Shown: positions 1 to 11,313 of the stretch, piece by piece
Numbering within the stretch: position 1 is the first letter of the stretch
Layout: each line of letters begins with the position of its first letter
Assembly: GCA_964016885.1 (NCBI GenBank)
Contig: OZ024742.1
Coordinates: 143,158,001-143,222,000, forward strand
Direction: 5' to 3'
Origin: Eledone cirrhosa
Taxonomy: Eukaryota
Length of the DNA stretch: 64,000 nt
Notes under the pieces: generated by a model
What the model was told of the DNA's origin: nothing
Seen by the model: the letters and a program-made list of their open reading frames with translations, nothing else
Database searches by the model: none
Made by a program: the position numbers and the translations under genes

Positions 1-1689
1 ATGAAATATTCTTTATATTAAAGTCCAAAAATTCCCTTAATCTGAGGAACAATTTATTCAGTTGCTGCAGACATAGATTGAACTCAACGTTTAAATATAA
101 ATATAAATTTAAAATGTAGTATAATTAATTAAGTAATTTTAGTTAATATATGGAACCTGTCGATAATCCATTAGATTCCTTCACCTTTTTCTTTTTAAAC
201 TTTCTTCCTAAATATAAACATGGATATAATAAACTACTCTAAAATGTCTATACTTCCAATGTATAAAATATACGTAAGGTAAATTTCTATATTAAATATA
301 AGGTTATCTATAGAATCATTGGGTTTTTTAAATTTTTTAAATCTTTAAAATTATTTTTATTTATTTGTTTTGATTATGATAGCTTCTCATAACTTTCACA
401 AGTCTACCCTCTCAATATCTTGATTGAGATATACGTAGGATAAATTTCTATACTAAATATATAAAACATATTATTTTAACTTAAGATACTCTATACTGTT
501 TTAATGATATTTAATGCTCTGATATTTCTAGATTTCTTTTGACTATATAGTTGCATTTCCAAAATATATTCCTTTGGTATTTTAAATTTGTATTGTTATG
601 GTTATATTTACAAATTATAATCCTTTGGTAATTTATTGATATTGGATTATCTCTATACAGATGCATATGTGTGTATTAACATGCATAGAAAGTGTTATAG
701 ATTTTTTGTGTTTGTATATGTGTCTGTATATATACATGAGTGATGCATGAGGACGCACGCAAATATTTATTTATACATACGTATGTGTATATATGTATGT
801 GTATATATGTGGTTGAGAAGTATGTTGCAGATGTGCATAATATTAAACACATGAATGGTAATCGTATATATGAGGACATGATTGTTAATCGTATATATTT
901 GTATATATATACTGTGAAATTTTTATAACACAATGAGTGTATAGCAGTGATTAAGAGAAATCATTTACGGTTTGTATGGCTATATTGTTGGCTTGAGTAA
1001 ACATAATTTCTATTTTCAGGACGTGCGTATCTATATGTATGTATATATACATATATATCTGTATGTCTTTGCATAAAATACTAATCTCTATAACAAGGGT
1101 ACATTTTGAACTCAGATTTTAGTATATTGATCTCAAGTTTCTAAACTAAACACGTGGTCATTATTGAACAATGTTTGGTTTCTCATATTATATATCTATG
1201 TCCCATTCATGAATATTGATACTTATATTTTTATTATTCATTTCATATAAATTGTTAACTCAACTTAATATGACATGACGTAAAGTTGTCACTGTCCCTC
1301 TCTCTCTCTATATAATATCTCTCTCTCTTGAGTTTTTCTTTCTGTATGATGACTTGATATCTCTCTGTTGCTTTCCTTTGTTTTTCTTATTCCTTCCTTT
1401 TCTTTCTTTTTTATTTCCTCCTATATTTATCTATCTCTTTCTTTTCTCCATACATTTCTCTCTCTCTCCGATATTTCTCCAGGTTTTCTTTCTCTTTCTC
1501 TTTTCTTTCTCTCTCTCTGTCTTTGTTCTTTTCTCTCTCTCCGTCTTTTTTCTTTCTCTCCGTCTTTTTCTAATTGTGCTTAACAATATGACTTATTATA
1601 TAAACAAATCACTATCCAGACAGCCTCCAAAAGTAATGGTTGTATTTTAAAGGGTACGTCAAACCTATTTGTAAAACTGTTATATATTG

Positions 1690-1754
1690 TATTTTGTCTG
1701 ATGAAGGCATACCATAATTTAATGTGGTATCCCTGAAATATGTATAATGAAATA
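1690..1754 (+). ncRNA. Minimal type I hammerhead ribozyme motif (Penelope pLTR type)
   Basis: TATTTTGT-CTGATGA-[AGGCATACCA..TGGTATCCCT helix II]-GAAA-TATGTA-TA-ATGAAATA: conserved core, helix I of 8 bp (with G.U pairs), very short near-palindromic helix III. Confidence 0.7.
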
Positions 1755-1883
1755 AATATGGTTTTATAAATATAGTTTCCATTTATTAATATCGTATATC
1801 TACTCCAAAAATTTGTTCGAGTGCTTTATATCAGTTATAAAAATATTTACTTGTTGTATCCCAACAACTTTAAATAGAACTTT

Positions 1884-1886
<3 letters not shown>

Positions 1887-1962
<76 letters not shown>

Positions 1963-1964
1963 CG

Positions 1965-2036
<72 letters not shown>
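1887..2036. repeat. (TA)n microsatellite
   Basis: Directly visible. One of many (TA)n tracts (also ~2296-2460, 2710-2800, 6695-6757, 7045-7102, 7660-7751, 8738-8812, 54686-54779, 63238-63315). Confidence 0.98.
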
Positions 2037-2038
<2 letters not shown>

Positions 2039-2290
2039 GTAATAAATGGAAAATATATCACTATAGCATCATAATTTATTTCGTTATATATATTTCAGGG
2101 ATACTAAGTTATAGTATGCCTTCATCAGACAAAATACAGTATTAGATGTATAAAAATGTGACCCATAAAATAGAACGCATGCGATTAATTTAAAATGGGG
2201 TTCCGACTCTTTTCCTACTACCCACTCTACTACCCTAAGTATCGAGTACTCTGGTGGGTTATGGTCCACCTAGTTCCTTACCACATGTTC
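2037..2290 (-). mobile_element. Short hammerhead-bearing dispersed repeat (Penelope-derived non-autonomous element or pLTR), flanked by (TA)n
   Basis: Its ~130-bp segment TGTGGTAAGGAAC..GGACCATAAC..GAGTACTC..GAACCCCATTTTAAATT recurs at ~8823-8900 and ~9222-9347; this copy carries the hammerhead. Confidence 0.55.
2077..2136 (-). ncRNA. Minimal type I hammerhead ribozyme, same family as 1690-1754, inverted
   Basis: Reverse complement reads TATTTTGT-CTGATGA-AGGCATACT ATAACTT AGTATCCCT-GAAA-TATATA-TA-ACGAAATA; 8-bp helix I, palindromic TATATA helix III loop. Confidence 0.78.
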
Positions 2291-2293
2291 TTT

Positions 2294-2333
<40 letters not shown>

Positions 2334-2336
<3 letters not shown>

Positions 2337-2366
2337 AGAAAGGGATTTCGCTTCAAGCATAGCTTT

Positions 2367-2463
<97 letters not shown>

Positions 2464-2708
2464 AATGTATATATAGAATATTTTGCAATTATGCTTAATT
2501 AAAAACACTTTGAAGACCTTGCGTTATTATTTTAAAGTAGTGACTATGTAACTTACTTCTTTTTTCAACAAACAAAGGGAGATAAGCTGACAGATCTGTT
2601 TCATACTGTTGGTAATCATCAGAGCTTAGCACTCACCGATGTCGGTTGAACATTATAGATGTTGGATTCTTATAGAATTCCAGTAATAATCAGGAACTGA
2701 TTATACAG
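2334..2708 (-). mobile_element. Diverged single monomer related to the 310-bp retrozyme-like unit, with an internal (TA)n expansion
   Basis: Shares blocks in the same order with the 310-bp unit (ATAGC..TATAT-GTGAAT..TAGAATATT, TTTGAAGACCT, AAGGGA, hammerhead, TTATAGAAT, CAGGAACTG). Confidence 0.65.
2583..2628 (-). ncRNA. Type I hammerhead ribozyme
   Basis: Reverse complement TAAGCT-CTGATGA-T TAC CAACA GTA T-GAAA-CAGATCTG-TC-AGCTTA: perfect 6-bp helix I, palindromic helix III (ACAGATCTGT), GUC cleavage triplet. Confidence 0.85.
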
Positions 2709-2716
2709 ATATATAT

Positions 2717-2802
<86 letters not shown>

Positions 2803-2825
2803 GTATAATCAGTTCCTGATATATA

Positions 2826-2975
2826 TCTTGTATTCGTCTTATTCGGGAAACCTCTGGTAATGAGGTAATTATATTGTATTGTTTATTATACATTAAATTT
2901 AGCTCTGGTACTTACATAGAGCACTCTTCACTCCTATGACTTTTTCAATTTTCAATGGAAACTTCAATACTTATA
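2826..2975 (+). repeat. 5' pseudo-LTR (truncated) of the Penelope-like element
   Basis: Near-identical to 6548-6698 (about two differences seen). Confidence 0.9.
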
Positions 2976-3107
2976 CAGCTCCCAAGGGAATGATCGTTGC
3001 ATATTCTACATTTTTATGAGATTGGCACCTTTCAGCCCTTTTAAAGTCGAACACTCTTCAGTCAAAAGGATTCCTAACCAATACTGAACATGGATAGACA
3101 TCATTTG

Positions 3108-5228
3108 GATTACTCCATCAAGAATATCCCAACACCTTCTAACACTTCCTACACTAAAATGTTGATAGACAAAGTAGAGAAAAGAATGTGTTAAAAGAAT
3201 GAGATGGAAAGCTTTGATTTTCGATGGACACTTTAACACGGACTCTACAGAATATTTTGATATCAAGTCTCATAAATACCCGCAAAGAGTAAAATATATG
3301 ACCGCTTTTGAACTAGACTTAGTTAATTTAATCCACCAAATCAAATTCCGTAAGTACTCTAACCCTTTTCAATCTAAACTATCTATCGATATTTCAATAT
3401 TAAAATCTTCTAAAAATAAGTTCATTTTCTCTGACAAAACTAAAAACGTATACGAAGTTAATAATAACTTACATGACCAACTCTTAACAGATAACATCAC
3501 CTCTAAATACCAAATAGCTAATATAAGCACCTATAATACTATAAATAAGGAAGCTAAAGAATTAGCTAGTTTTTTAAAAATAGACAATAGAACAGAAAAA
3601 CTTGCTAAACGTAATGCCTATATCACCCTCAAAGATCACAAACCTGATTTTATTAATCGTCCTAGTTGTAGATTAATCAACCCTGCTAAGACTGAAATCG
3701 GTCTTGCTAGCAAAAAAATATTAAATAATATAAACAAACATATTAGAAGTAAGTCTGAATTACTCCAATGGATAAATAGCTCTTCTGTAGTACATTGGTT
3801 TAATAATATTAAAGATAAAAATAGTTCTAGATTACGCAATTTGACATTGTAGACTTCTACCCATCTATTACTCACCCTCTTTTAACGAAAGCCTTACATT
3901 TCGCTAGAAAGTTTATCAATATTTCTGATATTGAAGAGAATGTCATTTTGCATGCTAGAAACACTTTACTTTTTACTAATAATGACACTTGGGTAAAAAT
4001 ATCTAACCCAGAGAACCCATTAGAAGTCTCAATGGGTTCTTTTGACAGTGCTGACGTATGTGATTTAGTCGGCCTATTCCTCCTACACACACTTAAAGAG
4101 AAACTCCTTAACCATACCTTTGGGCTTTATCGCGACGATGGTCTAATACTTTCCCATACCACCATAGGCCATAACTTAAATAGATTAAGAAAAGACTTAA
4201 TAAAAACCTTCGCTAGTTTAATCTTAAAATTACCATTGACACTAACCTTTCCAATCTTAATTTTCTAGATATAAACCTAGATCTGCCTACTGCTTCTTAT
4301 AAACCATACCATAAACCTAATGAAAATTTAAAATATATAAATAAAGGCTCTTGCTATCCTCCTATAGTTTTTAAAAATCTTATCCCTAATATTAGCAGTA
4401 GGATCTCCACCCTCTCTTCCTCAGAAGCTATTTTCAATAAGGCATCCTCCTACTATAATAAAGCCCTTCAAAATAGCGGATTTAGCGAACCGATTAAGTA
4501 TATACCCAACAATACTAACTCCTCTAAACATAATAATAGGAAAAGAAAAATAATCTGGTTCATCCCCCTACTCTTTAGCAGTTAAAACTAATGTAGGCAA
4601 AAAATTCCGAGAGCTCTTAGATAAACATTTCCCTAGAACACAAAGATACTATAAGATCTTTAATAGAAACTGTGTCAAAATCAGCTACTCCTGCGGTCCT
4701 CCTATTAAATCTTATATCCTCAATAAGAAAATACCCAGAGAACATCAAAATTGCTCCTGTAGAGTCAAAAGTGAATGCCCATTACAAGGTAAATGCAACA
4801 GCAAAGCCATTGTATATGCGGCTAAAGTGACAACCACCAGCAACAATCTACCAGCCACCAGCGAACGATATGTGGGTATGACACAAGACAAATTCAAAAC
4901 GCGTTATTACTCACATGTCGCATCTTTCCGACAGCCTAAAAAAAGATTTACAACAGCTCTGGCTAGCAGAATATGGCATTTGAAAGACCAAGGTATCCAA
5001 TATAAATTAGATTGGTCAATTTTGAACCAATCTAAAGAATATGTAAGAGGAACAAGAAGATGCGCACTCTGCATAAGTGAAAAATATTGGATTTTACAGA
5101 ATCTTAAATCACCAAAAACCTGCCTAAATGCAAAAACAGAAATTTTCACCAGTTGCCCACACATGAAATCACACTTGCTTTCTAGCTCATATAAAATTAA
5201 CTCACTTTCAGATACTTATCCTCCATAA
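3108..5228 (+). pseudogene. Frameshifted Penelope-like reverse transcriptase / GIY-YIG endonuclease
   Basis: Motifs across frames: YSIKNIP, KRMRWKA, TLKDHK..CRLINPAK, QFDIVDFYPSI, MGSFDSADVCDLVG, GLYRDDGL, FLDINLDL, KIIWFIPP, CSCRVKSECPLQGKC linker, IVY..YVGMT..RYYSH, CALCISEK..LN..E...CPH. Confidence 0.9.
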
Positions 5229-6514
5229 ACTCTTGTTCTTCACTTTCCTTAAATTACCCTCTTTACAGACTTCTCTTTCTGATTTACTTTTATTTTTATT
5301 TTTAACTTTATTTTTACTTCACATCCACCAGTAACCCCACCCCGCTGCTTTTTGATTCACTTACCTTATATCTTCACAATTCCACACATTTTATTTCCAC
5401 ATTTTCTTTCACTACCTGATATCACATGGCACTTGCGTTTTCAACTCCAGATATATTCTGCTGTCTCTCATCCGCTTTTATGTATGGTTACTTGCGTATA
5501 ATTTGTACTCATTTATTCATACAGTTGGTTTTAAATTTTTTAATTTGTATCTATGCGTGTGAGTGTGCATGTGTGTGTATGCATGTTTGTATATGTATAC
5601 GGCATTCGTATGTGCGCGTGTGTGTGTATATGTGTGTGTGTATATGTGTGTGTGTATGTGTGTTTTTATATCTATGTTTTTACATACTTATATATACGTG
5701 TGTGTATGTATGTGTGTGTGCATATGTATATATATATGTATGTGTATATATATATATATATTGAGTCGCGTGCGTGCGTGTGATTAGATATACATGTGCG
5801 TATATATATATGTGTGCTTCGTGTGTATGTATGCACGCCTTTGTATGTACGCATGTATGTACTTTTGTCTGTACGTATTTATATATATATTTATATATAT
5901 ATATGTGTACGTACGAACCTATGTTTGTTTTCTATTTTTTCTAGTGTTACTTTATAATTGATAACCCCTCCCTCTTACTTTCTCTTTGATTTAAAATTTT
6001 TTTATTCTCATATATTTTTTCATTTTTCTTTTTTTATATATGTATCGACCTTCAGACTGACACTGCTTTGACTGATACACTCCCTTCCCTGTATATATCA
6101 CTCGCATGTATGTGGTTGCGCGCGTGTGTGTGTTTATACGCGTGCTTTCATACTTGTATGTGTATATATTTCAATCCTTATTCCCCGAGTCTGTATGTAC
6201 GTTAACTCTATTATCTTACAATTTTTTTTTAACATATATTATATACGTATTTGTGGTCACACATACACTGATATGCTTGCTCTCATATATGTACTTACGC
6301 ACACATTTTTTCACTATACACATGCATTTGTACATACACATATATGTACATTTGTGAGTGAATATACACACATTTATACACATACCCTAACTATATTTCC
6401 TTATTTTATTTTTATATATTTCTTGCATTACTTTTATTTATATATATTATTTTTTTTGCCCGTTAAACTTTTGCCTTTCTTGAGGAGATTTTTCAAATAT
6501 TTCACTATGTTTTA

Positions 6515-6692
6515 AATTGTCTTGTCCGACGAACGAATGAGGACGTTTCTTGTATTCGTCTTATTCGGGGAAACCTCTGGTAATGAGGTAATTATATTGT
6601 ATTGTTTATTATACATTAAATTTAGCTCTGGTACTTACATAGAGCACTCTTCACTCCTATGACTTTTTCAATTTTCAACGGAAACTTCAATA

Positions 6693-6698
<6 letters not shown>
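6515..6698 (+). repeat. 3' pseudo-LTR containing a degenerate hammerhead-like motif
   Basis: CCGACGA-(CGAATGAGGACG..CGTCTTATTCG helix II)-GGAAA-CCTC..GAGG-TA; core deviates (CCGACGA) and helix I is weak. Confidence 0.7.
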
Positions 6699-6761
<63 letters not shown>

Positions 6762-6827
6762 ATAGATAGATATAGATCTCCCCCACATATATATATAAAT
6801 TGAGTGAGTGTGCAAGACTAAAGTTCA

Positions 6828-7041
6828 TTATTATTGAAAGTCTCTGGATTTCGTAAAATACATAATATTTTTTATTGGAGAAGGTAAGATATTTTTCCGC
6901 AAACATTTGATTGTACTGTTTGTTTCCACTTATGTAATTTTTGAAAATGTTATTTTGTTCATTATAAAAATTAAATGATAGCATTCTATATGTAGGTGGG
7001 CCTCCTTCATCCGGCAACCAAATTTTTAGACCTAGTCCACG

Positions 7042-7045
<4 letters not shown>
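6828..7045. mobile_element. Dispersed repeat / MITE end, second copy at 8518-8737
   Basis: ~215-bp similarity between the two loci; the second copy ends in ..CCAGTCCGCCACTG (reverse complement CAGTGGCGGACTGG, TIR-like) abutting (TA)n. Confidence 0.55.
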
Positions 7046-7104
<59 letters not shown>

Positions 7105-7240
7105 CAACAAACACATATAAACACACACTAGTAAGCAAACATAGAGCACAAAAACCAAAACACATACACTCAAACGCGAATACACACACACCAAACATTA
7201 TACACACACGCAAACGCATGCGCAAAGACGGAGACAAAAA

Positions 7241-7275
<35 letters not shown>

Positions 7276-7416
7276 GATAAAAATGGCGTAAACATTACAA
7301 TGCAATACAATAGAAGGGAACATGATAAAAGTACAACTGAAGAACTTTGTTAGACTATATATATATATCAGCATGGCCTCAGCCGGATGGCTGAAACAGG
7401 TAAAAGTGTAAAAGAG

Positions 7417-7451
<35 letters not shown>

Positions 7452-7660
7452 CTGTATTTTTAACCGTTGGTCAGTCAAACATTGATTGCCAAATAAATTA
7501 ACTATGGAGATATAAAAGATACAGAAGCGAACACTAACCAAACAGTGAGTCTGTTCTGTTATTATTTCTGGCAATATTATTACAACAATATGACGCTCCC
7601 CAAGTATAACAATATTTGTTTCGACACACGAATTCATATAAAAAACCTTGCAAAACAAAT

Positions 7661-7754
<94 letters not shown>

Positions 7755-7845
7755 GGCAATCATTGTAAGTTTGAATCTGACATACAAAAACATATATATA
7801 TATGAATAAATTAAGCCCAAATCGTAGTAGATTCAAATATCACAA

Positions 7846-7869
7846 AGAGAGAGAGAGAGGGAGAGAGGA

Positions 7870-7951
<82 letters not shown>
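7846..7951. repeat. (GA)n microsatellite
   Basis: Directly visible. Confidence 0.97.
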
Positions 7952-7954
<3 letters not shown>

Positions 7955-8095
7955 GTGGTTGAGTGGAGAGTGAGGTTCAACAGAAATGAAACATGGATTA
8001 CAGGTTAAAATATAGATGTGAAACAAAACGAGGATGTTTTGTATGGAACACCCAAATGATTTAGAAGTAGACCTCAAGTAGGAGCAATAACATTA

Positions 8096-8482
8096 AGAAA
8101 GACATGAACGATACCACAACACTTTGTTTTGAAAATTTTTAAAGTAGGTTTATAAGTATGAATTTCATAAGATTTTCGTAGTTGCCTCTGTAGCCTAGCG
8201 GTAGGTACTAGAGACGGTGGAATACCTGAACTTGGGTTCAATCCTGGTCAGCATGTAACCTTTTTCAGTTTTTATTTTACAACCAATACAAAAAAAACTG
8301 AAAAGGTTCACTGGGAACCCTACTCCCGACCAGGTTTGAACTTTAGACCAGGATCACCATTCTCAATGATTCCTCCAAGTAGGCCACCGAGACAGCTACA
8401 ATAGTATAATGAAAATTGATAATTATAAACCTACTTTCAAAATAAAAGTAAAAAAAATGTGGTGTCGTTCATGGCTTTCCTA
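8096..8482. mobile_element. Degenerate palindromic (fold-back) element with tRNA-like arms
   Basis: GAAAGACATGAACGATACCACA mirrored by TGTGGTGTCGTTCATGGCTTTC; AAAGTAGGTTTATAA mirrored by TTATAAACCTACTTT; left arm has A-box-like TAGCCTAGCGG and B-box-like GGTTCAATCC. Confidence 0.55.
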
Positions 8483-8734
8483 GAGCTATTAGTCATAATT
8501 ATGGCCGACTTCTGGTCATTATTGAAAGTCCCTGGATTTCGCAAAATACATAATATTTTTTATTGGAAAAAGTAAGACATTTTCCCGCAAAAATTTGATT
8601 GCACTGTTTTGTTTCCACTTATGTATTTTTCTAAAATGTTATTTATTCATTATAAAAATTAAATGATAGCATTCTATATGTAGGTGGGTCCCCTTCAATT
8701 CCTGGCAACCAATATTTTTATATCCAGTCCGCCA

Positions 8735-8814
<80 letters not shown>

Positions 8815-8890
8815 CGAAGGAGTTGTGGTAAGGAACCAGATGGACCATAACGCACCAGAGTACTCAATACTTCGGGTAGTAGAATGGGTA

Positions 8891-9000
8891 ATAGGAGAAA
8901 GTATGACCCCGACAGCAGAGCTCAAGCCGTTTGGACTAAAGTCCAGAAATAGCCGTCGAAACGGCTTCAGCTCTGCCGTCGGGGTCATACTTTCTCCTAT
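8891..9000. repeat. Hairpin with 42-bp inverted arms
   Basis: ATAGGAGAAAGTATGACCCCGACAGCAGAGCTCAAGCCGTTT / AAACGGCTTCAGCTCTGCCGTCGGGGTCATACTTTCTCCTAT (2 mismatches). Confidence 0.9.
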
Positions 9001-9412
9001 ATATATATATATACTTACACATACCCAACCACACGCATATATATATATATATACACACATTTATGTTGTTAAGTACATGTGTATTTTGTTGGTCCCACTT
9101 CCCGTCACATGTTCACATAAATGCATTATACGAATACACAAACAAACACGTACAAGCATTTAAGACGTGCAAATATGTATCTATCTATCTATCTATGTAT
9201 CTATCTATCCAAGAAAGAGGGTGTGGTAAGATACCAGGTGGACCATAACGCATCAGAGTACTCAATACTTAGGGTGTTAGAGTGGGTCGTAGGAAAATAG
9301 TCAGAACCCCATTTTAAATTGATCGCATACGTTCTATTTTATGAGCTCCGGCCGTTTCGATAGTTAGATTCGAACTATCTATCTATCCATCCATCTATCT
9401 ATCTATCTATCT

Positions 9413-9935
9413 TTCAATTCCTTTGGAAGAAGCAGGCTCCACTGGTGAGGGGATCCGTCTGTTGTCAGCACCCTTCCAACGGAGGGCTAGGAATGCCGTG
9501 GCTGATGTTGTGCAAACATGCACTGAGGCTACGGCATCTCCAGGTATTCCTCACCGACCAACCGGTGTGGGAACCGTTTGTGAGACAAGCCTTTCCGCAA
9601 CTTGTCTCGCTGACGGAGCTGCATTCCTGGGTCAAGCAGAGACGGAAGAAAATGGGCGCCTCGCACATCGAATGCACTCAGGCGCTCACAGTCCTCTGTC
9701 AAGCGGCCACAGCAATCAGTGGAGACTCCACTTCGACATTCTATAGAGGGTTAGTACAGAACAAGTGCGACGACGTTCTCGGAGAGACTCTGGGCGTCGA
9801 AGAAGACGAACTGACCAGTCTGTTCGGTAGGACTTTCCACCCAAGGCCTATGGACAACGTCCAGAGGTCCCCGGCCTGGCAATGCTACCGAGGAGCTTTA
9901 CCAGTACGCGACATGATCTACAGACACGGACGCCC
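9413..9935 (+). pseudogene. L1/Tx1-type ORF2 fragment (post-RT region), diverged paralogue of ~13778-14300
   Basis: CCQHPSNGGLGMPWL..HALRLRHL..SPAWQCYRGALPVRD aligns by eye with the downstream ORF2. Confidence 0.85.
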
Positions 9936-10119
9936 CGCACGCAATTCAACAATCGAAATCCCCAATTCAACAATCGAAATCCCCAATAGTGGGTAGGCGT
10001 TACAAATGGGTTGTTTTTTACAACGAGAAAGCCAATATTTGTGAGTCAAGGAGACATAGAAGCCACCTTGAAGTATTTCCGTACTGTTTAAAAGCGAGGC
10101 ACTCGCCCCAAAACATTCT

Positions 10120-10691
10120 GTGACACCAATGGTGTCAAAAGCATTCACCTTTTTCCCTACGTACATGGGAAAAAGGACACAGAAAATAAAAAATATATAT
10201 ATATACCACCAAACATTAACATCTGGTGGATCTTGGCTGGCTTCGTGGAGCCAGAGACTGATGCTATTCTTTCAATACGAAAGTCTATTAGACAAAGGTG
10301 GGCGGGTACTGATTTGGAGACTCTGATTCAGATGAGGTCGGAGAGAATCTCCAAAATACCCGAAATAAACATTTCGGTGGAGGGGTGTAAACCTCATTGC
10401 TTTCGCTGTGGTAGCACAACACATCTAAAGGCCTCCTGTCCTTCACAAACACACCACAACAACATCATTAAAAAGCACCAAACACCAACACCAAAACAAC
10501 CACCACTACAAGTACATCAACAGACGAAACGAGCAAACACACCAAAACAAACAGCCACTCAACCAACAACAACAGAAAAAACAGACAACAGAGAACACAG
10601 CCCCACCCCATCCCACTCCATCAAACACTACCACAAACACACACACCGAAACACCACCACCACACAACATACCCCTACCCCACACTCCTGA
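10120..10691 (+). pseudogene. LINE ORF1 remnant with a zinc knuckle
   Basis: CFRCGSTTHLKASC (CX2CX4HX4C), upstream FPTYMGKRT, downstream Thr/Pro/Gln-rich low-complexity tail; frameshifted. Confidence 0.7.
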
Positions 10692-11313
10692 CGATGATTA
10701 TTCATCGACAGATGAGGCTGCTTCTCCTTCTTTAAGTGAAGAAGGAGAGCCTCGGAAATCTAAAATACACAAAAAGAGACACCACAAAACCCCCAAAACT
10801 CCAATCACCAACACTAACACACAACCACAGACACAAACAACAACACAAACAATACCACAGTCAAACATCCCCCTACCAGCAAAAACAACACCAACACCAC
10901 CCAAACACAAGCACCCACCATAAAAAGAAAACCCCCGGACGAACAACAAACTAAAACAACACAACAAAAACACAAACAACAATACGCATACATCAACACA
11001 AACAACAAGAGTTTAATGGAGGTCATCTCCCAAAACCCCAAGGTGGAGACGGGGGCAAAACTTTCGTCAAAGCAGAATCGTCTCCACACCTAAAACTAAT
11101 AAGGGTTTCTATAGAAACCTATCAGAAATTGAAAGAACAGTTTTCGCAGGATGTTGGCAATCCCTGTCAAAAACCTATTAACCGCGTCTTATTAAAATGT
11201 TTCCCCACCCCACCCAACACCCCTACCAGAACTAAAATTGAACAACCCGATCTCCAGGAAACGAAAAGGTAAGTGCACCTTTCCGTCCTTTTCGCCAACT
11301 CTTCTCCACCAAC

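Larger units (their letters stand above)
2826..6698 (+). mobile_element. Penelope-like retroelement (Naiad-like, RT + C-terminal GIY-YIG), near full length, decayed, in (TA)n
   Basis: Direct repeats at 2826-2975 and 6548-6698 (pseudo-LTRs) flank a broken RT-endonuclease ORF and a long AT-rich 3' region. Confidence 0.88.

Noticed and set aside
3108-5228. Selenoprotein-type recoding (reported for some Naiad elements)
   Set aside because: The breaks I traced are frameshifts, and the conserved Cys positions I read are TGC/TGT, not TGA; no SECIS recognised.
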